A stretch of DNA of 64,000 bases from Solirubrobacterales bacterium. GTDB lineage: Bacteria; Actinomycetota; Thermoleophilia; Solirubrobacterales; 70-9. The stretch covers positions 39,662-103,661 of the forward strand of contig JAWVFL010000002.1 of the NCBI GenBank assembly GCA_033856195.1. Direction: 5' to 3'. A model generated the notes under the pieces. The model was not told where the DNA came from. It searched no databases and saw only the letters and a program-made list of their open reading frames with translations. The position numbers were made by a program, and so were the translations under genes. Positions 49,028 to 57,973 of the stretch are shown piece after piece; the first letter of the stretch is position 1; each line of letters opens with the position of its first letter.

Positions 49028-50094
49028 GCTGTTGCCCTGGGCGCCGCTGTCACGGTTGGCTCGGCCACGCCCGTGCGTGAGCGCGGCAGGTCGAGCGTAA
49101 AGGCGGTGAAGCGCTTGCTGGAGGCGATCGCGACCCGGCCCTCCATGCGCTGGGAGAGCTCACGAGCGATCGCCAGGCCCAGCCCGGAGCCACCGGCCGA
49201 GTCTGCGGTGTAGAAGCGCTCGAAGATGCGGCTGTGGACGCGGCGCGGGATGCCCGGCCCGTCGTCGGACACGGTCAGCTCTGCACGGCGGTTGACGGAG
49301 TAGGTGGTCACGGTCACCTTGGTGCCCTCGGGGGTGTGGGTGAGGGCGTTGTCGAGCAGGATACGGATGACCTGGCGCACGCGGTCGGGGTCGGCGCTGG
49401 CGATCACCGCCTCCTCGGGGGTGCGCAGCTCGAGGCGGGAGCCGCGGCGATCGGCCCGCGGACCGAACTCGCGGGCCACTTCGCGCGCCAGCGTGCCGAG
49501 GTCGACGCTGCTGCTCTTCATCGCCACGGCGCCGGCGTCGAGCTGGGAGAGGTCGAGCAGGTCGGCGGTGAGCTTGGTCAGGCGGACGATCTGTTCGCGC
49601 ATCGTGTGCACGAACTCGGCCCGCTCCTCAGGGCTCGGGTCCTCGTCCTCGAGCAGTTCGACGAAGCCGCCGAGGCTGAAGATCGGCGTGCGCAGCTCGT
49701 GCGAGGCGTTGGCGATGAACTGCTTGCGGGCGCTGTCGAGCTCGGAGAGTCGCCGCTGCATCTCGTTGAAGGTGCGGGCGAGCTGGCCGAACTGGCCGAC
49801 GGAGGAGATCGGAATCGGAGTTTCGAAGTTGCCGTCGGCCACTTTGCGAGCGGCGTCTTGGAGGCGGCGGATGTTGCGGCTGGCGATGTACGCGTAGTAG
49901 CTGCCACCGGCGCCGGCGAGGATTACCGCCAGCGCGCCTCCCGCGAGGATCTCGGCCTTGACTTCGCCGGACCCGCTGGCGCCACCCCCGATCGCGACCG
50001 TGTAGCCGTAGATCATCAGCGTGGTCCCGGCCGCGATGGCCACCGAGATCACGATGATCCGGTTGCCGACGCTGGTCAGCCTGAGCCGGCGCAC
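49024..50094 (-). CDS. Sensor histidine kinase (HAMP-HisKA-HATPase, MprB-like).
   Basis: The H-box is SHELRTP, the N-box is LLDNALTHT and the G-boxes are DDGPGI and GSGLGL. Confidence 0.88.
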   Translation of the reverse strand: MRRLRLTSVGNRIIVISVAIAAGTTLMIYGYTVAIGGGASGSGEVKAEILAGGALAVILAGAGGSYYAYIASRNIRRLQDAARKVADGNFETPIPISSVGQFGQLARTFNEMQRRLSELDSARKQFIANASHELRTPIFSLGGFVELLEDEDPSPEERAEFVHTMREQIVRLTKLTADLLDLSQLDAGAVAMKSSSVDLGTLAREVAREFGPRADRRGSRLELRTPEEAVIASADPDRVRQVIRILLDNALTHTPEGTKVTVTTYSVNRRAELTVSDDGPGIPRRVHSRIFERFYTADSAGGSGLGLAIARELSQRMEGRVAIASSKRFTAFTLDLPRSRTGVAEPTVTAAPRATA

Positions 50095-50098
50095 GGTC

Positions 50099-50800
<702 letters not shown>

Positions 50801-50870
50801 AGCGTATCTCTGGCCAGCTTGGACAGATGTGCGAGTACCAAGTACTAAGGTTGCTGGGTAGAAAGCCGAT

Positions 50871-51059
50871 ATGAAGCGCAGAATGCAACCACGACAGTTG
50901 AAGAGCCTTGTCGAGACGGGTCATTACAAGCCCGAGCCGTCGCTGATCGCCGACGCGATGCTGCAGCGGCGCGGCGTGCGGGAACTGCTCACCAGCGAGA
51001 GCTTCATGCGAGCTGGTCGAATCCCGCCGGCTCCAGAAGCCGGCCGCCGGGCAGCCTGA
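50871..51059 (+). CDS. Small FlgM-like (anti-sigma-28-like) ORF, hypothetical.
   Basis: LKSLVETGHYKPEPSLIADAMLQ resembles the FlgM C-terminal helix region. The ORF overlaps the thiL 3' end by 56 nt. Confidence 0.3.
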   Translation: MKRRMQPRQLKSLVETGHYKPEPSLIADAMLQRRGVRELLTSESFMRAGRIPPAPEAGRRAA

Positions 51060-51987
51060 TCTCGACTCCCGATCCGGCGACGACCGCGCCGATCACCGTC
51101 AGCGCGGTGCCGTTTTCCGCCTCCTGCACGCGCAGCCGCGCCTCCGCGACGCGCTCGGGCGGGATGCTGGCCAGCAGCTCGTAGTCCTCACCGCCATTGA
51201 GCAGCCGCCACTGATCGCGCTTCGTGCTGGCGCTCAGCTCGATGCCGCCGGCGGCGAGCGGGATCGCCTCGGCCTCGATTCGGAGTCCGAGGCCGCTCTG
51301 CTCGGCTAGATGGCCGGCGTCGGCGCCGACGCCATCGCTGAGATCGATCATCGCCCTTGCGCCGGCGCCGGCGAGCGCCTGGCCGGCGCCAAGTCTGGGA
51401 GTGGGTTCGAGCTGGCGGGCACGCAGAGCCTCGGCCGAGTCCCGATCCAGCGTCGCGGCGAGCTGGCGATCCTCGAGTAGCTCGAGCCCGGCAGCCGCGC
51501 CACCGATCTCGCCGGTCAGCACGAGCGCATCGCCAGGTTGAGCGCCGCCGCGATGCACGAGCGCGTCGGGATCGGTCGCGTGGCCGACGACGGTGATCGC
51601 CAGGAAGAGCTCCGCGGCGCGGGTGAGGTCCCCACCGGCGAGATCGGTGCCGGCGGCGGCGGCGAGGGCCAGCATGCCGTCGAGCAGCTCGATGCACTCC
51701 TCCTCACCGAGGTCCAGGGGGATCCCGATTACGACATAGGCCTCGCCGGGCGCGGCTCCCATCGCCGCCAGGTCCGATAGCGCCGTTGCCAGCGCCTTGT
51801 GGCCGATCTGCGCCGGAGTGGCCAGCTCGCGGCGGAAGTGGACGCCGTCGACGAGGGCGTCCACCGAGGTCGCCGTCGCCCCCCCCGGGACCGCGATCGC
51901 GGCGTCGTCGCCGCTGCCGAGGCGAATACGGGAGCCCGGGGCGGGTAGCCGCTCCCGTATCCGCGCCAAGAGCTCGAACTCACCCAT
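51004..51987 (-). CDS. thiL: Thiamine-monophosphate kinase.
   Basis: The motifs MGEFELLARIRERL, GSGDDAA, DALVDGVHF and AIGGD-type are present. The start is the Met at 51987. Confidence 0.9.
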   Translation of the reverse strand: MGEFELLARIRERLPAPGSRIRLGSGDDAAIAVPGGATATSVDALVDGVHFRRELATPAQIGHKALATALSDLAAMGAAPGEAYVVIGIPLDLGEEECIELLDGMLALAAAAGTDLAGGDLTRAAELFLAITVVGHATDPDALVHRGGAQPGDALVLTGEIGGAAAGLELLEDRQLAATLDRDSAEALRARQLEPTPRLGAGQALAGAGARAMIDLSDGVGADAGHLAEQSGLGLRIEAEAIPLAAGGIELSASTKRDQWRLLNGGEDYELLASIPPERVAEARLRVQEAENGTALTVIGAVVAGSGVEIRLPGGRLLEPAGFDQLA

Positions 51988-52014
51988 GCGCCCATTGTCC
52001 CTGAGCCCAACCAC

Positions 52015-52059
52015 TGAGTTCGCCTTTTTTCGCCATATGGACGAGAAAAGGCGAACTCA
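52015..52059. repeat. 14-bp perfect hairpin in a divergent promoter region.
   Basis: The stem is tgagttcgcctttt / aaaaggcgaactca with a 17-nt loop that contains catatg. Confidence 0.6.
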
Positions 52060-52076
52060 CCGACCTCGTCAATAGG

Positions 52077-53171
52077 GTGGCGACCCACGTGAAGCGCCCG
52101 CAGCCCCTACTGCACCGCATCGGCGAGGCCGGCGCCAAATTCGGCACCAAGCCGCCGCGCAGCAAACGCGTGCGATTGGCGATCCAGCTCGGCATCGCCG
52201 TCCTCGTCTTCGGCTTCCTCGTCCTCACCGTCGTCGATCAGTGGGCCGAGATCAAGGACAAGGGCGTTCATTTCCACGTCCTCTGGCTGATCCCGGCTTT
52301 CGTCATCCTGCCGATCTTCTACTCGCTCAACGCGCTCGGCTGGGACCTGATCCTGCGCTTCCTCGGCTACAAGCTGGGCGCCCGGCGCGCGCAGGTCGCC
52401 TGGGGTCAGCCGCTGCTAGCCCGCTATGTGCCCGGCAGCGTGCTTTACGTGCTCGGCCGCGTGCTGCTCTCCGAGCGGGCCGGCGTGCCGCGCCGGCTGA
52501 CGATCGCCAGCATCGTCTACGAACAGGCCCTGCAGGCGACTTCGGCGATCGTCGTTGCCGCCTACTTCCTGATCGACCATCCCGACCTGCACGGGCAGCC
52601 GCTGCGCTGGGGGGTGCTGCTGTTGATTCCGCTCTTGGTCGCGCTTCTGCACCCGCGCGTCTTCGGGCCGCTGGCCAACCGCGTGCTGCGGGCGTTCGGG
52701 CGCGAACCGCTGCCCGAGGTGATGTCGCTGCAGGGCGTGATCGCGGTGATGGCCTTCTACGTGCTCAACTGGGGCGTGATCGCGGTGGGAATTTGGTGCG
52801 TGGCCCGTTCGGTGAGCGGCGTCTCGGCGGGCGACATCGCTGTCGCCGGCGCAGCCCAGGCCTTTGGCTATGTGGCGGCACTGGTGACCCTGGTCGCGCC
52901 GGCGGGCCTCGGCATTCGCGACGCGGCGTTTGCCTGGGCCTTCAAGGTGGCGACTCCCGGAAACAGCTTCGCCGTCGCCTCCCTGATCGCGATTGTGGTG
53001 CGCGGTGTGCTGACCGTGGTCGAGATTTTTTATGTCGGGATCGTGACTGCTATGGGGCGGCGGGAGGGGTGGTCCATACATACCGGGGTGATTCATCCGT
53101 CTGCCGAGGAGGAAGAGGCGGCCGAGGAGGACGGACCCCCTGGCCAGACTCGCGGGCTTCGCCCGCTCTGA
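52077..53171 (+). CDS. Lysylphosphatidylglycerol-synthase-TM-region-like (UPF0104, flippase-like) membrane protein.
   Basis: It has a GTG start and about 8 TM helices. The call rests on general family resemblance only. Confidence 0.5.
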   Translation: MATHVKRPQPLLHRIGEAGAKFGTKPPRSKRVRLAIQLGIAVLVFGFLVLTVVDQWAEIKDKGVHFHVLWLIPAFVILPIFYSLNALGWDLILRFLGYKLGARRAQVAWGQPLLARYVPGSVLYVLGRVLLSERAGVPRRLTIASIVYEQALQATSAIVVAAYFLIDHPDLHGQPLRWGVLLLIPLLVALLHPRVFGPLANRVLRAFGREPLPEVMSLQGVIAVMAFYVLNWGVIAVGIWCVARSVSGVSAGDIAVAGAAQAFGYVAALVTLVAPAGLGIRDAAFAWAFKVATPGNSFAVASLIAIVVRGVLTVVEIFYVGIVTAMGRREGWSIHTGVIHPSAEEEEAAEEDGPPGQTRGLRPL

Positions 53172-53209
53172 GTGTCTGGCCAGGGGGTCCGTCCTCCTCG
53201 ATGTCAGCG

Positions 53210-54271
53210 TCACAGCGGGATGCGGGCCCCGAGTTGATAGGCCGTTAGGGCAAGCACCAGAAGCTGCAGAGCACGGTCCCTTGTGAGAGCTGCGGCGGGC
53301 AATGGCCACAGGAGGTACCAGGGGAGGAGCCAGGCGGTGGCTAGGAGGAGACCGGTGGTCGCCCAAGCGGTGGCGCGGAGCCAGTCGTTGCCCCGGTAGG
53401 TCCAGATGAGGAGGTAGACGATCAGGGCCGCGAAGAGGGCTCCGAAGGCAATGCGGACGGCATCCCGGTCGAGGCCGGTTAGGCGAGCTGTGGTGATCGG
53501 GATGCTCATGTGGCTGGTGCGGCTTTGGTTCTCGCCGGCTAGGGCGAAGGCGTGGAGCCAGTTCCACTCGAAGGCGAGGTAGGACACCAGGACCACCAGC
53601 GCGGTCGCTGCCATCGCGCCGAGGAGAAACCGAGGGCGACGCGGCGCCCCGAGCAGCGCGAACGGGATGGCGATTGCGGCTGTCGTCTTTGTCGCGCATG
53701 CCGCGACAAAAGCGCCGGCGCCGAGGCCCCTGCGCACGGTGAGCATGCCGGCGATGCCGAGCGTCATCAGCAGCACGGCGATGCCGTCGTTGTGAGGGCC
53801 GCCGACGACGTGGACGAGGACCAAGGGGTTGAGGGCGACAAACGCGCCGGCGCGCAGCGGGTCGACGCCGCGGGCCGGCGCCAGGCGGGCGACGAGCAGT
53901 GCGATGGCGAGGACGGCGGACGCGGAGATCGCCTTGAGGACGTATACGGCGACTTCGACCGGCAGCCAGGCGAGCGGGTAGGTCGCGAGGGTGAAGAGGG
54001 GACCGTAGGCGCTGGTTGCTTCGGTCCAAGTGACCTGGGAGAAGGCTGGGTCCCCCGGGGCGCTCGCCGGGGCGTGGACGTAGGGGTCGAGGCCGTGCAG
54101 GACTTCGAGGCGGGCGTAGTCGACGTAGCTGTAGACGTCGTGGGAGAGCAGTGGTGGCAGGCAGGCGAAGACGATGAGGAGGACGACGATCGATCCCCAG
54201 ACCGCCCGCCGGCCCAGCCGCGGCGCCCAGACGAGCACGCCGAGGTAGGCGGCGAAGCCGGCCCAGATCAA
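53210..54271 (-). CDS. GT-C membrane glycosyl/mannosyltransferase-like protein (DUF2029/MptB-like).
   Basis: The SHDVYSYVDYARLEVLHGLDPY motif and its polytopic topology support the call. Confidence 0.55.
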   Translation of the reverse strand: MIWAGFAAYLGVLVWAPRLGRRAVWGSIVVLLIVFACLPPLLSHDVYSYVDYARLEVLHGLDPYVHAPASAPGDPAFSQVTWTEATSAYGPLFTLATYPLAWLPVEVAVYVLKAISASAVLAIALLVARLAPARGVDPLRAGAFVALNPLVLVHVVGGPHNDGIAVLLMTLGIAGMLTVRRGLGAGAFVAACATKTTAAIAIPFALLGAPRRPRFLLGAMAATALVVLVSYLAFEWNWLHAFALAGENQSRTSHMSIPITTARLTGLDRDAVRIAFGALFAALIVYLLIWTYRGNDWLRATAWATTGLLLATAWLLPWYLLWPLPAAALTRDRALQLLVLALTAYQLGARIPL

Positions 54272-54301
54272 GCCGTAGGCGACCCCCGGGGAGAGGCTCA
54301 G

Positions 54302-56440
54302 TTATTCGCTCCCGGGGCCCGGCGCCGCGCCGCCGTCGACTCCCGCCGCCGGTGGGGTAGGAGGCACCGGCGTCGGTTCCTGCCCCGCGCCGGGCGCGTA
54401 GGCGTCGGGGTTGTAGCCGCCGGTCACTTCTTCGCCGATTTCGCGGGCGCGATCGGCTTCCTCTGCGGCCACTCCGCCTGGCCCGCTTTTGTCGCTCCGG
54501 GGCGTCGGGCCGGTGAACTGGCCGAAGAACGGCGCCCAGCTGATCGGCGTCTTCGGCTTCTCGAATTCCTCGCAGAGGACTTCGGCGCCCGAGTAGAGCG
54601 AGTGCCAGATTTCGGCCGGGAAGGTGCCACCGAAGACGGTGATCCCGTGCACGCTGGTCATTTCGATCGCGTTGGACTCGGGGTAGCCGACCCAGACGAC
54701 CGTGGACAGGTTGGGCTGGTAGCCGGCGAACCAGGCGTCGGTCTCGCGATCGGTCGTGCCGGTCTTGCCGGCCTGGCCGGGGCAACCGGTGTATGCGGCA
54801 GTGCCGGTCCCTTCGGTGATGTTGTCGTGCAGGAGGCGGGTCACCTCGTAGGCGACCGCTTCGGAGACGACGCGGCGCGGCGGCGTGCGCTCAGGACGCT
54901 CGGTGCGCCCACCTGGGAAGACGACGCGCTTGACCGCGACCGGGTCGTGGCGGATGCCGCCGGCGGCGAGGGTGGCGTAGGCATCGGCCATTTCCAGCGG
55001 CGAGACGCCGATGCGCAGGCCGCCGATGCCCTCGGCCGGGATGCCGTCGAGTGGGCTGGTGATGCCGAGCGAGTGCGCCGTTTCGGCAACCTGGCGCGGC
55101 CCGACGTCGAGGTCGAGCTGGGCGAAGACGGTGTTGTCGGAAGCCACCGTCGCCTGCTGCAGGTTGACGTTGCCGAGGTAGCCTTCGTCGGCGGTGTGGA
55201 CCTCCCAGTGGCCCCACTTGGGCAGGTCGAGATCGAGCGGTTTCGAGGTGTAGTAGGTGTTGTAGGGGTCGATTCCCTGCTTGATCGCAGTCGTCAGCAC
55301 GAAGGCCTTGAAGGTCGAGCCCGGCTGGCGGTGGCCCTGGGCAGCGAGGTTGAACTGGCTGGCGTCATAGCTTGTGCTGGAGACCATCGACTCGATCTCG
55401 CCATTGCTCGGGTTTATCGAGACCAGCGCCGAGGAAGGATCGGTCGAGTAGGGCAGCGCCGAGCGCATTGCTTCCAGGCCGATTTCCTGCAGGCGGGGCT
55501 CCAGAGTCGTGTAGATCTCCAGGCCACCGTTGCGGACCGCATCGGCGCCGTAGTGCTCGATCAGCTCGTGTTCGACGTAGTCGAAGAAGAAAGGCTCGCG
55601 CTGGGCGAAGTAGGAGCCCGAGACGTTCAGCCCGAGGCCACGCGCTTGGGCCTGTCGGGTCCGCGCCGGCGTCAGGTAGCCGAGCTTGCCCATCTTGGCC
55701 AGCACGGCGTTGCGGCGCTGCAGTGCTTCGTTTGGATGGAGGATCGGGTTGTAGTCGGTCGGCGCCTGCGGCAGGCCGGCCAGCAGCGCGGCCTGCACCA
55801 GGTTCAGCTTCCAGACCGGCCGGGAGAAGTAGATCTTTGCCGCGGCGCCGACGCCGATCGCGGTCGAGCCTTCGACCGTCCCGTATGAGGCGGTGTTGAG
55901 GTACTGGTCGAGGATCTCCTTGCGCGAGTGGTGCTCGGAGTACTCGATCGCCAGCTTCGCCTCGATGATCTTGCGTTCGAGGTCGCGCTTGGGGTTGCGC
56001 AGGCAGAGGTTGCGAACCAGCTGCTGGGTGATCGTCGAGCCGCCCTCTACGGTCTTGCCCGCTTCCAGGTTCTTGACCGCGGCGCGGAGAATGCCCTCGG
56101 GGTCGACGCCTCCGTGCTCGTAGAAGCGCTGATCCTCGATCGCGACGGTGGCGAGCTGCAGCCGCTTGGGGATGCGCTCGATCGAGACCGGCGCGCGCGC
56201 CTCTTCGGACTCGATCAGGCCAAGCTTGCTGCCATCGCCGGCGTAGATCACCGAGTTGCCGGTGCGGTCGACCTTCTTGCAGGCCGCCAGCGAGGGGGCG
56301 TCGGCGGCGACGTCGAGCACCCATGAGGCGACCGCGAACACCCCGAGCACGATCACGACGAAGAGGGCGCCGCCGACCAGGGCGAGCTTGCCTCCGATTC
56401 CCCCACGCCGCCGCTGACGTCGCCGATTGCGCTGCGCCAT
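54302..56440 (-). CDS. Class A penicillin-binding protein (transglycosylase/transpeptidase).
   Basis: The GT51 motifs are IEDQRFYEHGGVD and GGSTITQQL. The transpeptidase motifs are STFK and KTGT. Confidence 0.92.
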   Translation of the reverse strand: MAQRNRRRQRRRGGIGGKLALVGGALFVVIVLGVFAVASWVLDVAADAPSLAACKKVDRTGNSVIYAGDGSKLGLIESEEARAPVSIERIPKRLQLATVAIEDQRFYEHGGVDPEGILRAAVKNLEAGKTVEGGSTITQQLVRNLCLRNPKRDLERKIIEAKLAIEYSEHHSRKEILDQYLNTASYGTVEGSTAIGVGAAAKIYFSRPVWKLNLVQAALLAGLPQAPTDYNPILHPNEALQRRNAVLAKMGKLGYLTPARTRQAQARGLGLNVSGSYFAQREPFFFDYVEHELIEHYGADAVRNGGLEIYTTLEPRLQEIGLEAMRSALPYSTDPSSALVSINPSNGEIESMVSSTSYDASQFNLAAQGHRQPGSTFKAFVLTTAIKQGIDPYNTYYTSKPLDLDLPKWGHWEVHTADEGYLGNVNLQQATVASDNTVFAQLDLDVGPRQVAETAHSLGITSPLDGIPAEGIGGLRIGVSPLEMADAYATLAAGGIRHDPVAVKRVVFPGGRTERPERTPPRRVVSEAVAYEVTRLLHDNITEGTGTAAYTGCPGQAGKTGTTDRETDAWFAGYQPNLSTVVWVGYPESNAIEMTSVHGITVFGGTFPAEIWHSLYSGAEVLCEEFEKPKTPISWAPFFGQFTGPTPRSDKSGPGGVAAEEADRAREIGEEVTGGYNPDAYAPGAGQEPTPVPPTPPAAGVDGGAAPGPGSE

Positions 56441-56470
56441 GGGCAGAGGGTACTTCCGCTCAGGCCTCGC

Positions 56471-56887
56471 TCAGGCCTGCGTGTCTTCGGTCGAGAGGTT
56501 GTGGATGATCCCTTCGACCAGCATCTGGTTGGGGATCACGACGGTGGTCCCGTCGCCGGGGCTGATGTAGGTGTAGGAGAGGGTGATGTCGGTGACCCGG
56601 CCGTCCACATCCTCAAAGGAGATGCGGTCGCCGATCTTGATCGGCTGCGAGACGGCGAGCTGAACGCCGGCGACCATGTTGCCGATCGTGTGCTGGGCGG
56701 CGAAGCCGACGATCGCCGCCAGCACCGCGGTCGAGGCGAGGATGCCGGTTGCCAGCCGCTTAAGCTCGGTGAACTGGCTGAGCGCGATCGCGACGAGGAC
56801 GAGAAAGACGATCAGGATCAGCAGGCGGCGGAGGAAGCGCAGCCGCGTTTTGGTCGAGCGCGAGACCTGTGAGACTGCGGGCGTCAT
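56471..56887 (-). CDS. Short MscS-family mechanosensitive channel-like protein.
   Basis: GNMVAGVQLAVSQPIKIGDRI..GRVTDITL is the MscS TM3/beta-domain signature. The Met at 56887 is preferred because the longer ORF start (56935) lies inside repeat copy C. Confidence 0.6.
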   Translation of the reverse strand: MTPAVSQVSRSTKTRLRFLRRLLILIVFLVLVAIALSQFTELKRLATGILASTAVLAAIVGFAAQHTIGNMVAGVQLAVSQPIKIGDRISFEDVDGRVTDITLSYTYISPGDGTTVVIPNQMLVEGIIHNLSTEDTQA

Positions 56888-56908
56888 GGCCTGCAACTTA
56901 GAGGTGGG

Positions 56909-57016
56909 GGGCGTCGGGCAGCCCTCCCGGCTCAACTTTTTCGGTGGATCGCCGATCGCCGTCCGAGCATGAATTGCCGAAAAAGTACAAGCTGCCGGGA
57001 GGGCTGCCCGACGCCC
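56909..57016 (+). repeat. Palindromic element, copy C.
   Basis: The stem is gggcgtcgggcagccctcccggc (56909-56931) paired with gccgggagggctgcccgacgccc (56994-57016). The core halves are tcaactttttcggtgg (56932-56947) and gccgaaaaagtacaag (56976-56991), 28 nt apart. Confidence 0.85.
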
Positions 57017-57676
57017 TTTCCATACTCCAACTGGGGCCCGTTGGCCGCAGTTTTGGGGGTGCTTCTGGCCCTCGGGACCGGGATTGTGCTTTCGGTGCCG
57101 GTGGCGATCGTCGATAAGCCGGCGGCTGGGCAGGATCTAAGCGATGTGGCGAATGCGCTGGTGCAGTTGGCGACGGCGCTCGGTTTCCTGTTGGTGCCCT
57201 TTGCGATCGCGGCGGGGCGGGGGGCGACTGTGCGTCAGGCGGCCTCGCAGCTCGGGCTGCGGCGCTTCCGCCCCTCGGCCATCAAGTGGATGTTCGCGGC
57301 GATTGGCGCCTACCTGCTCTTCGCGATCGTCTACACGGCGATCTTCGGCCAGCCCGAGCAGAAAGACATCGCCGAAGACTTCGGCACGGTGCCGGTGCAG
57401 ATCCTGCTGATCGTGATCGCCGCCCCGATCAGCGAGGAGGTCTGCTTCCGCGGCATGCTCTTCGGCGGCCTGCGCGAGCGCTGCCCCCGCATCGCTGCTG
57501 CGCTGGTCAGTGCCCTGATCTTCGGCGGCCTGCACGCCTTCACCGGCCTCAGCGCCGTGCCGCCGCTGATCGCCTTCGGCTTCATCCTCGCCCTGCTCTA
57601 CGAGAGGACCGGCTCGATCGTCCCCGGGGTCCTCCTGCACATGCTGAACAACTCGGTGGCTTTGCTCGGGCAGTAG
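56969..57676 (+). CDS. CPBP-family (CAAX) intramembrane protease.
   Basis: The motifs are ISEEVCFRG, FGGLHA and HMLNNS. The first ATG lies inside repeat copy C, so the real start is probably a downstream GTG/TTG near 57050. Confidence 0.75.
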   Translation: MNCRKSTSCREGCPTPFPYSNWGPLAAVLGVLLALGTGIVLSVPVAIVDKPAAGQDLSDVANALVQLATALGFLLVPFAIAAGRGATVRQAASQLGLRRFRPSAIKWMFAAIGAYLLFAIVYTAIFGQPEQKDIAEDFGTVPVQILLIVIAAPISEEVCFRGMLFGGLRERCPRIAAALVSALIFGGLHAFTGLSAVPPLIAFGFILALLYERTGSIVPGVLLHMLNNSVALLGQ

Positions 57677-57684
57677 GGGCAATA

Positions 57685-57710
57685 AAACGGCCCGCCGGGG
57701 CGGGCCGTTT
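57685..57710 (+). terminator. Intrinsic terminator of the CPBP gene.
   Basis: The stem is aaacggcccg-ccgggg-cgggccgttt, a 10-bp stem ending in TTT. Confidence 0.65.
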
Positions 57711-57866
57711 CGGGTGAAGGGGGCTTCTAAACCCCCGAACGAATGACACTCATGAGACCACGAAGCCTAACAGCGGAGGGCGGGGGACTCGAACCCCATT
57801 CGGACATGAGCCCGAACTCGTGAGTGTCATTCGTTCGCCTCGACCTCGCGGCTTCACCCTCCGCTG
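57711..57866. other. tRNA-like structured element with a 22-bp inverted repeat and mutually exclusive helices.
   Basis: The minus strand shows an 8-bp acceptor-like stem (GGAGGGTG/CGCCCTCC), a 6-bp D-like stem with a 4-nt loop, a GGGG-TTCGAGT-CCCC T-arm and a variable-arm-like hairpin, but no valid anticodon arm. The inverted repeat is 57736-57756 / 57817-37. Confidence 0.3.
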
Positions 57867-57973
57867 CGCTGGAACGTATTAGCTGCATTTGACAAATCAA
57901 GGGTTGCGCCTCTTATTTGACGAAGAGTTGACTCTTTCGTCACACGACCGTTCGATCGGTAAGAATCCGGTCC

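Noticed and set aside
52416-55888. Two long ORFs (52416-54785 on the minus strand, 53552-55888 on the plus strand) across the flippase-like, GT-C and PBP genes.
   Set aside because: These are alternative-frame or antisense artefacts (Arg/Gly/Pro/Asp-rich with no motifs). The in-frame genes with PBP, GT51 and membrane signatures explain the region.
57760-57800. A tmRNA 3' end, suggested by the GGGGTTCGAGTCCCC T-arm.
   Set aside because: Both acceptor strands lie within about 90 nt. There is no room for a tag-encoding reading frame or pseudoknots, and no CCA or typical tmRNA 5' GGGG start.
57711-57973. A c-di-AMP (ydaO-type) riboswitch upstream of the L,D-transpeptidase, considered because cell-wall genes in Actinobacteria often carry one.
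   Set aside because: Only loose resemblances were found (GGGTGAA, GCGGGGGAC, CCCGAAC). The hallmark elements as I recall them (GGGGUGAAUCC, CAGCUAACC) and the pseudo-twofold layout are not recognisable. A TTGACA-like -35 box at 57888 lies downstream of the structure. Only a covariance-model search could settle it.
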